From an uncultured Hyphomicrobiales bacterium (GTDB lineage Bacteria > Bacteroidota > Ignavibacteria > Kapaibacteriales > UBA2268), in the NCBI GenBank assembly GCA_964464375.1, contig CAYXFU010000002.1:26519-90518 (forward strand): 64,000 nucleotides of DNA. The letters run 5' to 3'. The notes beneath the pieces are model-generated. The model did no database searches and had not been told where the DNA came from. It worked only from the letters and a program-made list of their open reading frames with translations. The position numbers were made by a program, and so were the translations under genes. Each line of letters begins with the position of its first letter. Positions within the stretch are counted from its first letter, which is position 1. Below are positions 17,893 to 27,400 of this stretch, one piece after another.

Positions 17893-18939
17893 TTAGAATT
17901 GTAAGAACAATGAAAAATGATGTGATATTCTGTCATTCGAAGCGAATTCATAAGCTATGCTGTAATCAAAGTGCATAGCGAATGGAAGTCCCTGAATTGT
18001 AGGACGTAACGATATTCCGGCACCCCAGATGTTGAATGGAAGAAATTCCAATTTCCCCATATTGTCACCAACGATATTTGTTCCTGCACGAATTGCGAAG
18101 AATTCATGTGGTACAAATTCAGTTCCTAGTATCAAATTAGGCTGTTCCTGGAATTGATTATATAAAACATCGAGACTGAGTAGCATATATCTTGTGCTTG
18201 GTTCATAAATAGTATCTAATTCAGCCAGAGAGGTAGTTCTTGTTGTTATTGTCGGGTTGTTGAATGGAAATTCCATTCCAAATCCAGCACGAATTGTATA
18301 AGGTATATTAGCCTTGTCATTTGAAGTAGTGTTCCAGTTGATATTTCCGGCTATGTTCTGCATCGCCAATCCAAATGTAAACAGTCCGGCAATATCAAAC
18401 TTAGCTCCTAAATCAATACCATATCCAGAGCCAAGAGTATTCTCATAATTAAGTGAATTATTCAGATATTTGAAAGAAGCACCAAAACTGGCAAATTCCA
18501 TAGTATAAGCCAATCCAGCGGTCAAAGAATACTGAACATCATTCAATGTACCAAGTGGATTTCCGCGTACATCACGAGCAGTAAATGAGCTTGTATTGAA
18601 GTTATTGAATGAAATTCCGACTCCCAATTTATCGAACCTTTGTCCCCAGCTGGCATAGTTTTGTAATCTGCCATTACCAATTGGCGCAACATAAGTCAGA
18701 ATCATAGCTCTATCACTTAAAGAAGATAATCCTGCCGGGTTAAAAAATAGGGTAGAAGGATCATTTGCCACTGCAGTATAAGCACCAGCCATTCCGATAG
18801 CTCTGCAACCTACATTGCGGAACAAATAGGATTCTGCATATCCACCGCCACTTACCTGAGCAACCAGACTGAGGTTTGAAACAATAGTGAACAGAACAGC
18901 GATTGCTATTAATTTGATTCTTTGAGTCATCATTATCAA
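17893..18939 (-). CDS. FadL/TodX-family outer-membrane beta-barrel protein, possibly PorV-like
   Basis: It has a signal peptide. The N-terminal AIGMAGAYTAVANDPSTLFFNPAGLSSL matches the FadL-family NPAGL motif. Amphipathic beta-strands and a C-terminal ...FLQF aromatic terminus are present. It is adjacent to a T9SS-CTD protein. Confidence 0.7.
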   Translation of the reverse strand: MIMMTQRIKLIAIAVLFTIVSNLSLVAQVSGGGYAESYLFRNVGCRAIGMAGAYTAVANDPSTLFFNPAGLSSLSDRAMILTYVAPIGNGRLQNYASWGQRFDKLGVGISFNNFNTSSFTARDVRGNPLGTLNDVQYSLTAGLAYTMEFASFGASFKYLNNSLNYENTLGSGYGIDLGAKFDIAGLFTFGLAMQNIAGNINWNTTSNDKANIPYTIRAGFGMEFPFNNPTITTRTTSLAELDTIYEPSTRYMLLSLDVLYNQFQEQPNLILGTEFVPHEFFAIRAGTNIVGDNMGKLEFLPFNIWGAGISLRPTIQGLPFAMHFDYSIAYEFASNDRISHHFSLFLQF

Positions 18940-18950
18940 AACACGATTAT

Positions 18951-19523
18951 TTAACGTTTAGATATGACGAATTTTTCCCGGAGTTTAAAATTGGATCCAA
19001 CTACCATACAAAGATAAACGCCATTTGGAAGACCGGATACATCCATCTCATAGTAGTCTCCTGCTTCTTTAGCTTTGCCATCATAAGTATCAAGAACCTT
19101 TTTACCCAACATATTGAAGACCTGAACCGAAACTCTTGATTTATAATCGATAAGCTCAATGTATAGATAGAATTTGCTCTGATCCAAATTCTCTCTTAGG
19201 CTTTCGATTCGGTTATCCTTTCTGTTAGTATCCTGCTCAATTCGAGTTCTGAAACTCTTTTCCTGAGCTGATTCGTCCTTATTCTTTTGAGCAAATTTTG
19301 TGCCATAACTGCTTCCATTGACATTGAATATCATTTCAATGAAAGATTTTGGCGGTTCTGCTTCAGGTACTGATATATAGCGGTTGTAATTTGATTGTGC
19401 ATTAAGAATAACACTAGAGGCTATTGAGAATATAAATACAGATATCAGGAATAATGGATATCCTGAAGTTTTTTTAGTCAAATTATATTTTATTAAGTAT
19501 TTGTTTTTCATCAAGTGCTTCAA
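18951..19523 (-). CDS. Small secreted protein consisting of a ~70 aa N-terminal region plus a T9SS C-terminal sorting domain
   Basis: 190 aa with a signal peptide. The last ~75 aa (KFYLYIELIDYKSRVSVQVFNMLGKKV...GVYLCMVVGSNFKLREKFVISKR) are a canonical Por-secretion C-terminal domain. Confidence 0.7.
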   Translation of the reverse strand: MKHLMKNKYLIKYNLTKKTSGYPLFLISVFIFSIASSVILNAQSNYNRYISVPEAEPPKSFIEMIFNVNGSSYGTKFAQKNKDESAQEKSFRTRIEQDTNRKDNRIESLRENLDQSKFYLYIELIDYKSRVSVQVFNMLGKKVLDTYDGKAKEAGDYYEMDVSGLPNGVYLCMVVGSNFKLREKFVISKR

Positions 19524-19590
19524 TAAATTCTTTTCCGATACTTCGATTAATGAGTATTGACAAGTATTACGTAAATTTATTTTTTTTGTT

Positions 19591-19620
19591 TCAGATATAA
19601 AAAAACCGGAAATTTTATCC
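19591..19620 (-). terminator. Rho-independent terminator after the TPR gene on the minus strand
   Basis: The reverse complement reads ACCGGATAAAATTTCCGGT followed by TTTTTTTT. Confidence 0.55.
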
Positions 19621-19648
19621 GGTTTAATTTAGTTTATATTCCATTTCA

Positions 19649-21370
19649 CTATTTGTAGCTAAACTTCTTTGATAACTTTGCTAGTTTCTCTTTGTCATTT
19701 TCTATAGAAAATAAATTTGCTTTAACTTCAATCCCGGCTTTCTCTATGCCGTGGCTCCTAGCTTTTTCAATTATAACCTTTTTATTCAATAATTTGGAAC
19801 TCAAGTTAATTTTATCTAATTCTCTTAATTTGCGATTAGTTTCGTGATCTTTTAATTTTAAAGCTAAATCATACTTCCCGTCATTGATTTTATTGAATTT
19901 ATCTTCGTTAATGTCCTTTTGCTTTGCTAATGCTTTCTCAAGGTCATAATTATCTGTAATATAAGTAATATTATCAATAATATCGTTGATCCGATCTTCA
20001 TTGTTCCCATTTATTGGTTCGTTAACGAAATCGGGAACAGGATCTGAATCTGGAGTTTGGATTTTAATTGGCATTATCATTATTTCATTAGCATCTTCTT
20101 CATCATGTTTGTTCTTTAAAATTTCTTGAGCAAGATCAATAATATTTTGATGTTTCATTTCTTGTTTGGACTTAGTTTGATTCATTTTAGTCAGATTATA
20201 AGTATCGCTTTTTTCTAATAGTAAAATTTCATCTTGTGAATCACTTACAACCTTATCCAATAGCTTCCCTACTTCAGGTTTTGGACTATATTTATTTGTT
20301 GCATTTTTCAGATCGGCTGTAAATTTCTTCGCTTTCTCACGCCTTTCCATTTCTAATTTTTTATTATTTTTCCATTTGAAGTAAGCAATGATAATTACTA
20401 ATAAGCTAATGCAAACAAATATAAATCCATACATTATATACGTAATGAAATCAATTTGACTTTGATCCTGAACATTTATGAATTTTTTGTTGAATTCTTC
20501 ATTCTGCTTAGCTAATAGAGGATCTGGAGGAGCTATAGCTCTAGATACGGTATCATTAACTTTGGCATTAATTGGCGTAACATTAGGTATAGCAGTTGAA
20601 TCACCAAATATATTCAAAATAGAATCATTATCAAACGCTAATGAATCACCTCCAAAGATTTTTTCTTCGGTAATAAATGTAATTTCATTTATACCGGTCT
20701 TAGTCGTAAACAATTTTTTATAATAGTTTTCTTTGCTAGTATTCTTCAATTTTTTGTATGCTTGAGCAAAAGCAGCATAGAGATCGTTAATGGTTATTTC
20801 CTTATTTTCAGCAAACTGAAAAATTTTAATTGCTTTGTCGTAATCACCATTTCTAAGGTATAGAATCCCAAGTTGGTATGAAGAATAAGGATTGCCAAGT
20901 TTTATTGAATTTTCAAAGAATTTACTAGCTAATTTGTAATTTTGTGATTCTAAGGCGAGTAGTCCCATACGATAGTCTTCATCAGCTCTGGATATAGTAT
21001 TCCAATCAAATACATCTACAAGAATTGCTTTTGTAAAGGGGAGATGAATAATACTGTATCCTCGTTTATCAGTCAGATTCAGTATAACTATCAACTCTTT
21101 CTTTGCAATCGATAAACTAATGTTTTTTATAATACCCGAACCATTGATTTGGTTAATCTTTTCAGGAAAATTAACACCGGCTAACCTTAAAGTAATAGAC
21201 TTCTTATCAGTAGAAATTGAAGATTTAATGTCTTTAGGTAATTCAGATAAGTACATTATTCCTCTGTTGAGAGGGTTAATCTCGATTTTATTGAGAGTAA
21301 CCGCACCATAAACATTTGTGGCTGCTAAAAGTACTGATGCAAGGAGAAGACTCTTTATAGTATATCTCAT
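19649..21370 (-). CDS. TPR-repeat membrane protein (secreted N-terminal TPR domain, a central TM helix, a Lys/Glu-rich cytoplasmic tail)
   Basis: Signal peptide. TPR/Sel1-like repeats (YKLASKFFENSIKLGNPYSSYQLGILYLRNGDYDKAIKIF). TM segment MYGFIFVCISLLVIIIAYF. A charged coiled-coil-like C-terminal half. Confidence 0.65.
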   Translation of the reverse strand: MRYTIKSLLLASVLLAATNVYGAVTLNKIEINPLNRGIMYLSELPKDIKSSISTDKKSITLRLAGVNFPEKINQINGSGIIKNISLSIAKKELIVILNLTDKRGYSIIHLPFTKAILVDVFDWNTISRADEDYRMGLLALESQNYKLASKFFENSIKLGNPYSSYQLGILYLRNGDYDKAIKIFQFAENKEITINDLYAAFAQAYKKLKNTSKENYYKKLFTTKTGINEITFITEEKIFGGDSLAFDNDSILNIFGDSTAIPNVTPINAKVNDTVSRAIAPPDPLLAKQNEEFNKKFINVQDQSQIDFITYIMYGFIFVCISLLVIIIAYFKWKNNKKLEMERREKAKKFTADLKNATNKYSPKPEVGKLLDKVVSDSQDEILLLEKSDTYNLTKMNQTKSKQEMKHQNIIDLAQEILKNKHDEEDANEIMIMPIKIQTPDSDPVPDFVNEPINGNNEDRINDIIDNITYITDNYDLEKALAKQKDINEDKFNKINDGKYDLALKLKDHETNRKLRELDKINLSSKLLNKKVIIEKARSHGIEKAGIEVKANLFSIENDKEKLAKLSKKFSYK

Positions 21371-21592
21371 TTAAATCTCTTGAATGATTAATATTCAAAA
21401 ATCCATAATGAAATTTAAATGCCAAAAAAATTAAATACTGAATCTATTTGCAAGTACATTATAATAAACAAGATATCTAATTCTTAATATTGATGGGAAT
21501 CTTGTATCTTAATAAAAAATGTAAAATTGGTTAAAATATCGTGCAAAATCTATATTTGGTTAATATTAAGCAGGAAGTTAAGTATTGATTAT

Positions 21593-22384
21593 CTATTGAT
21601 CATCGTAATGTTTCAATTTAACTTTGAGGTCTTCAATAACTTGACTATGAATCTGACAAACGCGACTTTCTGAAACATTAATAACTTTTCCAATGTCCTT
21701 GAATGTCAGGTTTTCGTAGTAATAAAGAGTCATAACTAATCGTTTTCTTTCAGAAAGTTTTTTTAGAAATGTAGTCAGAAATGTAATTCTCTCGGTATTT
21801 TCGAGTTGCGAAAGAATATTAATATCTTCAGTATCGGGGATCTCTTCTATGCTGTCCTTATCGTCGTCATCAAGCACCATTGTCTTCGAAGTTTCGTTAA
21901 TCGATAACGAAGCTCTTGCTGCTGCAGCAGCTTGAAGATATGAACTGTATATTTCAGGAGTTACGTCAAGCTTCTGCCTTATCTCTTCAGATGTTACTTC
22001 TCTTCCTTCCTGCCTTCTCAGTTCATCACCAGCCTGCATAAAATCATGAGCCTTTTTCCGGGTTGTTCTCGACAGCCAGTCTAATCTACGCAGTTCATCC
22101 TGAATAATGCCTCGGATTCTGGGAATAGCATAAGACTCAAATTTGACACCTCTATCCAATTGAAATCTTTCTATTGCTTCGTGGAGACCTAAAATTCCTA
22201 TGCTTAGAAAATCATCTTCGTTAAGGATTGAGCCAGAAGGAAGGTTCATGGATTGTAATACATAACGAACCAGCCAGATATAATGCATTACAAGTTTGTT
22301 TTTTATTTCGAGTGTCTGTAAATCTCGATAAGTAATCCAAACCTCTGTTATATCTATGTCCAGTGTTTGTGGTGTTCGCTTCAT
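21593..22384 (-). CDS. fliA: RNA polymerase sigma factor FliA (sigma-28) for flagellar class III genes
   Basis: Region 2 VRYVLQSMNLP...FLSIGILGLHEAIERF. Region 4.2 LTFKDIGKVINVSESRVCQIHSQVIEDLK is close to canonical FliA. It lies downstream of flhF-flhG. Confidence 0.9.
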   Translation of the reverse strand: MKRTPQTLDIDITEVWITYRDLQTLEIKNKLVMHYIWLVRYVLQSMNLPSGSILNEDDFLSIGILGLHEAIERFQLDRGVKFESYAIPRIRGIIQDELRRLDWLSRTTRKKAHDFMQAGDELRRQEGREVTSEEIRQKLDVTPEIYSSYLQAAAAARASLSINETSKTMVLDDDDKDSIEEIPDTEDINILSQLENTERITFLTTFLKKLSERKRLVMTLYYYENLTFKDIGKVINVSESRVCQIHSQVIEDLKVKLKHYDDQ

Positions 22385-22465
22385 TATATTAGAATTAAAT
22401 AAATTTCAATAATATTAATCACTAATATACAATATTATTTTTTATTTTCAAACTAAAGGTAGCAA

Positions 22466-23074
22466 CTATCTAGCTTGAAGCGGTGAACTTTCAAAATTTG
22501 AGGTCGATCCAAAATTATTAGGAACATTAATTGAATTAAAATCATTATTGAGATTATTATTCAGATTAAAAAAATCATCTGATCTGTTATCTATTCCTGA
22601 TCGATCTTGCCTTCTTCTAATTTCAGCAGACCTTAGCTCATCATCGATTCTCTGTCTTTCAGTTGATTTTTTCAAATCTTCTTCTTGCTTCTTTTCTAAT
22701 TGTGCTTGCTTTAGTTTAATCACTTGGTTTTTTTTGTGCTCAGCAGCCATTACTACCCCAGTGAACATTATTATTGTTGCTATAGCCGTAATTGCTGAAT
22801 AAACAATAAATGAACTGTAAACACTAAAAACCAATGATGCCTGTTCACCTATGTAATAAAACAAAAATGCCACAAAAAATACTATCAAAGTTGCTCTGAA
22901 TATTGTTTTTGATGGGTATGAGATAATCTTTTTGACTCTTTTCTTTTCTGCTTTTAGTCTATTCAGATGCTGTTTATCTCTTATTTTCTTTAGTTTCTCT
23001 CTATCTTCAATTTCTTTTTTTAGTGCATTTTTGGATTCTGAAACTTCACCAGCTTTATTTGTGTCTTTTGCCAT
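22466..23074 (-). CDS. Hypothetical membrane protein inside the flhF-flhG-fliA cluster
   Basis: 202 aa with two central TM helices flanked by highly charged K/E/R-rich segments. No recognisable domain. Confidence 0.55.
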   Translation of the reverse strand: MAKDTNKAGEVSESKNALKKEIEDREKLKKIRDKQHLNRLKAEKKRVKKIISYPSKTIFRATLIVFFVAFLFYYIGEQASLVFSVYSSFIVYSAITAIATIIMFTGVVMAAEHKKNQVIKLKQAQLEKKQEEDLKKSTERQRIDDELRSAEIRRRQDRSGIDNRSDDFFNLNNNLNNDFNSINVPNNFGSTSNFESSPLQAR

Positions 23075-23151
23075 GGTATATCCTGAATTAGTTGTTTAAC
23101 ATCCTGTTACTTGAATAATATCACTAATAATGCAAAAATAATATATTTTTT

Positions 23152-23904
23152 TTAATTTAGCTTAAAACCGCTTAGTATTTTTCCAGAAAGACTATGCAAA
23201 GCTTTAGCTGCCTCGGTATGAGGATAAATTTTCACAAATGGTTCCTGTTTCATGATAGAATATCTAATGTTTCTATCATAATTTATATAATCAAGTACAT
23301 TTATCTGTTGCTTAAGAAATTTCTGTGTAGCTAAATTGAATTTCTTAGAAATTTCTTTAACATCGTCGAAGTCAACCATATTGTTTGCCACCAAAAATAT
23401 TTTCTTAAGGTCCATTTTATTACTAAGTACTTTTATTAAAGCAAATGCATCTAGCAATGATGTGGGTTCATCTGATACTACAATATTTACTAAGTCAGCA
23501 ATAAGACAACTTTGAATATTCTCTGCCGATAACCCCGATCCGGTGTCAATCAATATGATTTCATATAAATTTTCTTTGATAATTGCTTCTAATGTTGAGA
23601 ATATTATCAAATCACCATCTCGCTTTTCATATCCAATTGCAGGTTGTCCTGCCGCTAGCGAAAGATTTTCATTTAATCTATAGAAATACTTTTTTAAATC
23701 TCTCTTCTTAGAATAATAGTCATTCATTCTAAACGGTGGTTCAACACCAAACATTATGTGCTGATTAGGGAAATCTATATCAGCATCCCATATCAATGTT
23801 TTAAATTTTGATGATATGATATATCCAATGTTCGCAGTGATAAAACTTTTGCCAACTCCGCCTTTCCCACTAGAAAATGTTACTATTATTGGTCTCTTAG
23901 TCAT
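23152..23904 (-). CDS. flhG: MinD/ParA-family ATPase FlhG (FleN/YlxH), a regulator of flagellar number
   Basis: Deviant Walker A box SSGKGGVGKS. MinD-like length. It overlaps the flhF stop by 4 nt and precedes fliA. Confidence 0.8.
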   Translation of the reverse strand: MTKRPIIVTFSSGKGGVGKSFITANIGYIISSKFKTLIWDADIDFPNQHIMFGVEPPFRMNDYYSKKRDLKKYFYRLNENLSLAAGQPAIGYEKRDGDLIIFSTLEAIIKENLYEIILIDTGSGLSAENIQSCLIADLVNIVVSDEPTSLLDAFALIKVLSNKMDLKKIFLVANNMVDFDDVKEISKKFNLATQKFLKQQINVLDYINYDRNIRYSIMKQEPFVKIYPHTEAAKALHSLSGKILSGFKLN

Positions 23905-25025
23905 ATTGACATATCACTTAATATCAAATTTCCGAGTAATTCTGCAGTTGCAGGCTCAATGTCGTCAGGTATTTCCTGACCAACAGAAAAATAGGACACC
24001 GTAAAGAAATACTTTCTTAATACCTCAAGCAATTCACCACAAATTGATAACTCATCCATCTTTGTTACTATAATTGATCCGGGATTCAATTTAGAAAACT
24101 GTTTGATTGTCTCATCCAAATTATTCTTAGAAGCTGTGGCACTCAGTACCAGATAAAGATGACTGCAATTCGAAGCTCTTATATAATCTGATAACTCAGA
24201 AATATGTTCGGTATTTTTGTGGCTTCTTCCAGTTGTATCAATAAAAATGAAATCCCTATCTTGCTCTTCAGATATAATTTTTGCTATATCGTTCGCATTA
24301 TATGCTGACCTGAAAGGAATGCCGGCTATTGATGCAAATGTCTGAAGTTGATCCGAACCTCCTACTTTATGTGTATCTGCAGAAATGAGTAAAGTATTGG
24401 CAGAATATATCAGTTTTGATAGTATTGCTAGTTTTGCTAGAGTAGTCGTCTTTCCGGAACCCGTAGGTCCAACGAATACAAAGACATTTCTTTGATCAGT
24501 TTTCTGAAAAGGCTGACAAAACTTGATCTCTTTTAGTAATAAATCCTTTGCAAATGTTTTTAATTCACTTAATGAATTGTTGAAATGCATTGATGATAAT
24601 TTCCCTGTTATTTCGAGTGAGTATTCTTCACTGAAACCAGCCTTAATGATTGACTTATATAATTCGCCAAATTTGTCGCCCAATGAGCCGCTGTATTTGT
24701 ACTTAAGCAAATCATAAATCTCATCAATCTTTGTTGACATTGTACCTACATTTCCGGAAGTAGTAATTTCCGGATAATATGAATTATTCTCAGACTTGTC
24801 TGAATAATCCTGAATTTTAGATTTAAATTTCTTTTCGGGTAAAACTGCAGAAACATCATCCGGTGTATGATCAGCAGAAGCAGTAATTTCAATTGATTCT
24901 TTACCGCCAAGTGCTGGATTACTGAAAGTTCTGGTTGAGATTATCACTGCATCTTCACCCATCTCTTTGGATATGATTCTCTTTCCTTCGGTTAGACTCG
25001 ATACGATAAATTTTCTAACATTCAT
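23901..25025 (-). CDS. flhF: Flagellar biosynthesis SRP-type GTPase FlhF
   Basis: G1 VGPTGSGKTTTLAKLA, G2-like ISADTHKVGG, G3 IDTTGRS, G4 TKMDEL. 374 aa. Immediately upstream of the MinD-like flhG. Confidence 0.8.
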   Translation of the reverse strand: MNVRKFIVSSLTEGKRIISKEMGEDAVIISTRTFSNPALGGKESIEITASADHTPDDVSAVLPEKKFKSKIQDYSDKSENNSYYPEITTSGNVGTMSTKIDEIYDLLKYKYSGSLGDKFGELYKSIIKAGFSEEYSLEITGKLSSMHFNNSLSELKTFAKDLLLKEIKFCQPFQKTDQRNVFVFVGPTGSGKTTTLAKLAILSKLIYSANTLLISADTHKVGGSDQLQTFASIAGIPFRSAYNANDIAKIISEEQDRDFIFIDTTGRSHKNTEHISELSDYIRASNCSHLYLVLSATASKNNLDETIKQFSKLNPGSIIVTKMDELSICGELLEVLRKYFFTVSYFSVGQEIPDDIEPATAELLGNLILSDMSI

Positions 25026-25365
25026 CTTGCTTTTATACTTAATTGATAAAAATCAAAATCAATATATCAAATATCATACCTTTTTTCTAAATATTTTTTC
25101 AACAATTAGTTCAAACAATTTTTAATGATTGTAAAAATATCGTATTTTTGAATTATGAGGAGTTTAACATTAGTAGCAAATACTTGTCAAGTCATTAAAG
25201 GAACAATCCGTGGAGGTTCCTTTCTGTCTTGTATTGCTTGCAAATTATCCCTTATTAAATCTCTTCATAATTCCACCTATCAATCCTTATAGCTTATTCT
25301 TAAGCCATTGTTGTTACCATTATTCTAAATCGTATTTAAAATTAAACAAAATAAAGGATATTAAA

Positions 25366-26730
25366 ATGTCACTCGTAAACAGTTTGATGGTTGATTATCA
25401 ACCAAAGTATAATGTTGAGGCTAAAGATGTTCATGGTGAACTATCTAAACACATGTTAGCCGATGGATTTGATTTTGTTCTCGATCTGAACCAAAGCAAT
25501 GGTTCACATTTTATTGACAAAGTTAGTGGTAAAAACTATCTCGATTTCTTTTCATTTTTTGCGGCAATGCCTATTGGTATTAATCATCCTAAAATGAATA
25601 ATGAATCATTTATCAATTATCTTGGTAAAATTGCACTTAACAAGCCATCTAATTCTGATGTTTATACAGAACAGATGGCTACTTTTGTTAAAACATTTTT
25701 CAAAGTTGCAGTTCCTGATTACTTCAAATACATTTTCATGATTGATGGCGGTGCACTAGCCGTTGAGAATGCTCTCAAAACTGCATTCGACTGGAAAGTC
25801 AGAAAGAATTTCAAAAAAGGATACACTTCTGAGCGTGGACATAAAATCATTCATTTTCAGCAAGCATTCCATGGTAGAAGCGGTTATACAATGTCGATGA
25901 CAAACACTGATCCTGCTAAGATCCTACTTTATCCTAAATTTGATTGGCCCAGAATTACCAATCCAAAACTCGAGTTTCCATTGAATGATGAGAGAATCAA
26001 TACTACCATTGCTCTCGAAAAACAAGCCATCGAGGAGATTAAATCAGCATTCATGAATAATAAAGATGACATCGCTGCTATTATCATTGAACCAATTCAA
26101 TGCGAAGGTGGAGACATTCATTTCAGAACTGAGTTCCTACAGGAACTTAGAAATTTTGCAGATGATAATGAAGCTCTTCTTATATTCGATGAAGTTCAAA
26201 CCGGTTTGGGTATGACCGGTAAGATGTGGTGCCATCAGCATCATGATGTCAAACCCGATATTCTTGTGTTTGGCAAAAAAGTACAGACTTGTGGGATACT
26301 TGTTTCCGATCGTATTGATGACATTCCCGAAAATGTCTTCCATACTTCGAGCAGAATTAATTCTACCTGGGGTAGCAATCTTGTCGATATGGTCAGGTCA
26401 ACAAAATATCTTGAGATAATCGAAGAAGATGACTTAGTAGGCAATGCTCAAAGAATGGGGGATTATCTAAAAAATAAAATAAATGATCTTTATGAGAAAT
26501 ATCCTAATCTCGTCGGTAATCCAAGAGGACGAGGATTATTAAGAGCATTCTCTATGCCTACTGCCGAACTAAGAAATCAGTTCAGAAATGAATGTTATTC
26601 ACGTGGGTTCATCATCCTGGGTTGTGGCGACAGAAGCATCAGGTTTAGACCTGCATTGGATGTAACTCAAGACACTATTGATTTGGGTATCAATTTAATT
26701 GAAAATATTTTTAACGACATGAAGCAATAA
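25366..26730 (+). CDS. lat: Class-III PLP aminotransferase, L-lysine 6-transaminase-like
   Basis: IFDEVQTGLGMTGKMW...VFGKK PLP-lysine region. N-terminal HGELSKHMLADGFDFVLDLNQSNGSHFID resembles the lysine epsilon-aminotransferase family. The start MSLVNS has a plausible RBS; the track ORF starts 52 codons upstream in low-complexity sequence. Confidence 0.7.
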   Translation: MSLVNSLMVDYQPKYNVEAKDVHGELSKHMLADGFDFVLDLNQSNGSHFIDKVSGKNYLDFFSFFAAMPIGINHPKMNNESFINYLGKIALNKPSNSDVYTEQMATFVKTFFKVAVPDYFKYIFMIDGGALAVENALKTAFDWKVRKNFKKGYTSERGHKIIHFQQAFHGRSGYTMSMTNTDPAKILLYPKFDWPRITNPKLEFPLNDERINTTIALEKQAIEEIKSAFMNNKDDIAAIIIEPIQCEGGDIHFRTEFLQELRNFADDNEALLIFDEVQTGLGMTGKMWCHQHHDVKPDILVFGKKVQTCGILVSDRIDDIPENVFHTSSRINSTWGSNLVDMVRSTKYLEIIEEDDLVGNAQRMGDYLKNKINDLYEKYPNLVGNPRGRGLLRAFSMPTAELRNQFRNECYSRGFIILGCGDRSIRFRPALDVTQDTIDLGINLIENIFNDMKQ

Positions 26731-26789
26731 TACTATTTAATTAATTCAAATTTTAAAAACGGAATAAATACCGTTTCTTTGAAATCATC

Positions 26790-27400
26790 AAAACTATTTC
26801 GCAAATTGCAATGTATTTAATTCCATCTCCGATTGTCGGAGAGTGTAGGGTGAGGACAATTTCGTGTTTGTGTTCAGCTACGTAGTAGCTAAATCTTAAT
26901 AGAAAATAAATCAACAAAACAGATCAAAGCTCCGTAGGAGCGGCATAAAAAAAAACAAAACAATGCAATTAATGCAAAAGTGCAATTCAATATTAAAGCA
27001 GTGTGAAAAATAAGGAGGTTACAGAAAATTTAAATAACTCTTCGTTCATCAAAACGATGCAACTCAATGCAATTTGTTTTCAGCTACGTAGCGGCGAACT
27101 ATTTGTAGAAAACAAATATTAAAACGAATCGAAGCTCCATCGGAGCGACCTAAAAAAATGAAAGCTCGATGCAATCGATGCAAAAGTGCAAAGCCAAATG
27201 TAAGATGATTGAAATACAAGTAGGTTATAGAAAAATAACATAACTCTATATTCATTCAAATAGTGCAAATAGTGCAATTTACTTTCGAAAAGATGCAATC
27301 TTTTTGAAAGTTGGATACATAAACTAGATTATTAAAATGCTCGATGCAAACGATGCAACTTTTGATCCAAAACACACAAAAATCTTAAATATGCAAACTT
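26790..27400. repeat. Copy B of the modular structured repeat, present as two tandem diverged units of ~220-250 bp (about 26818-27075 and 27078-27385)
   Basis: Unit 1 matches copy A at about 90% over hairpins and ATGCAA repeats. Unit 2 keeps the architecture: the GCTACGTAGC palindrome, GCTCC-ATC-GGAGC, an A-run, CGATGCAATCGATGCAA, TAGTGCAAATAGTGCAA, and the dyad CTTTCGAAAAGAT-GCA-ATCTTTTTGAAAG. A sub-repeat AGGTTAYAGAAAA...TTCATYCAAA occurs twice. The block abuts the stop of the TonB-dependent-receptor-like gene. Confidence 0.6.

Noticed and set aside
19649-21370. Anti-sigma or flagellar function for the TPR membrane protein downstream of fliA
   Set aside because: It is separated from fliA by a 220-bp promoter region and has its own terminator. 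There is no anti-sigma-28 (FlgM) similarity. Left as a generic TPR membrane protein.
17560-27400. Possible CRISPR array, suggested by short direct repeats NGATGCAA/GTGCAA
   Set aside because: The repeats are 7-8 bp with irregular 1-2 bp gaps and no unique spacers. No cas genes are present. They are phased motifs inside a larger repeat unit, not repeat-spacer architecture.
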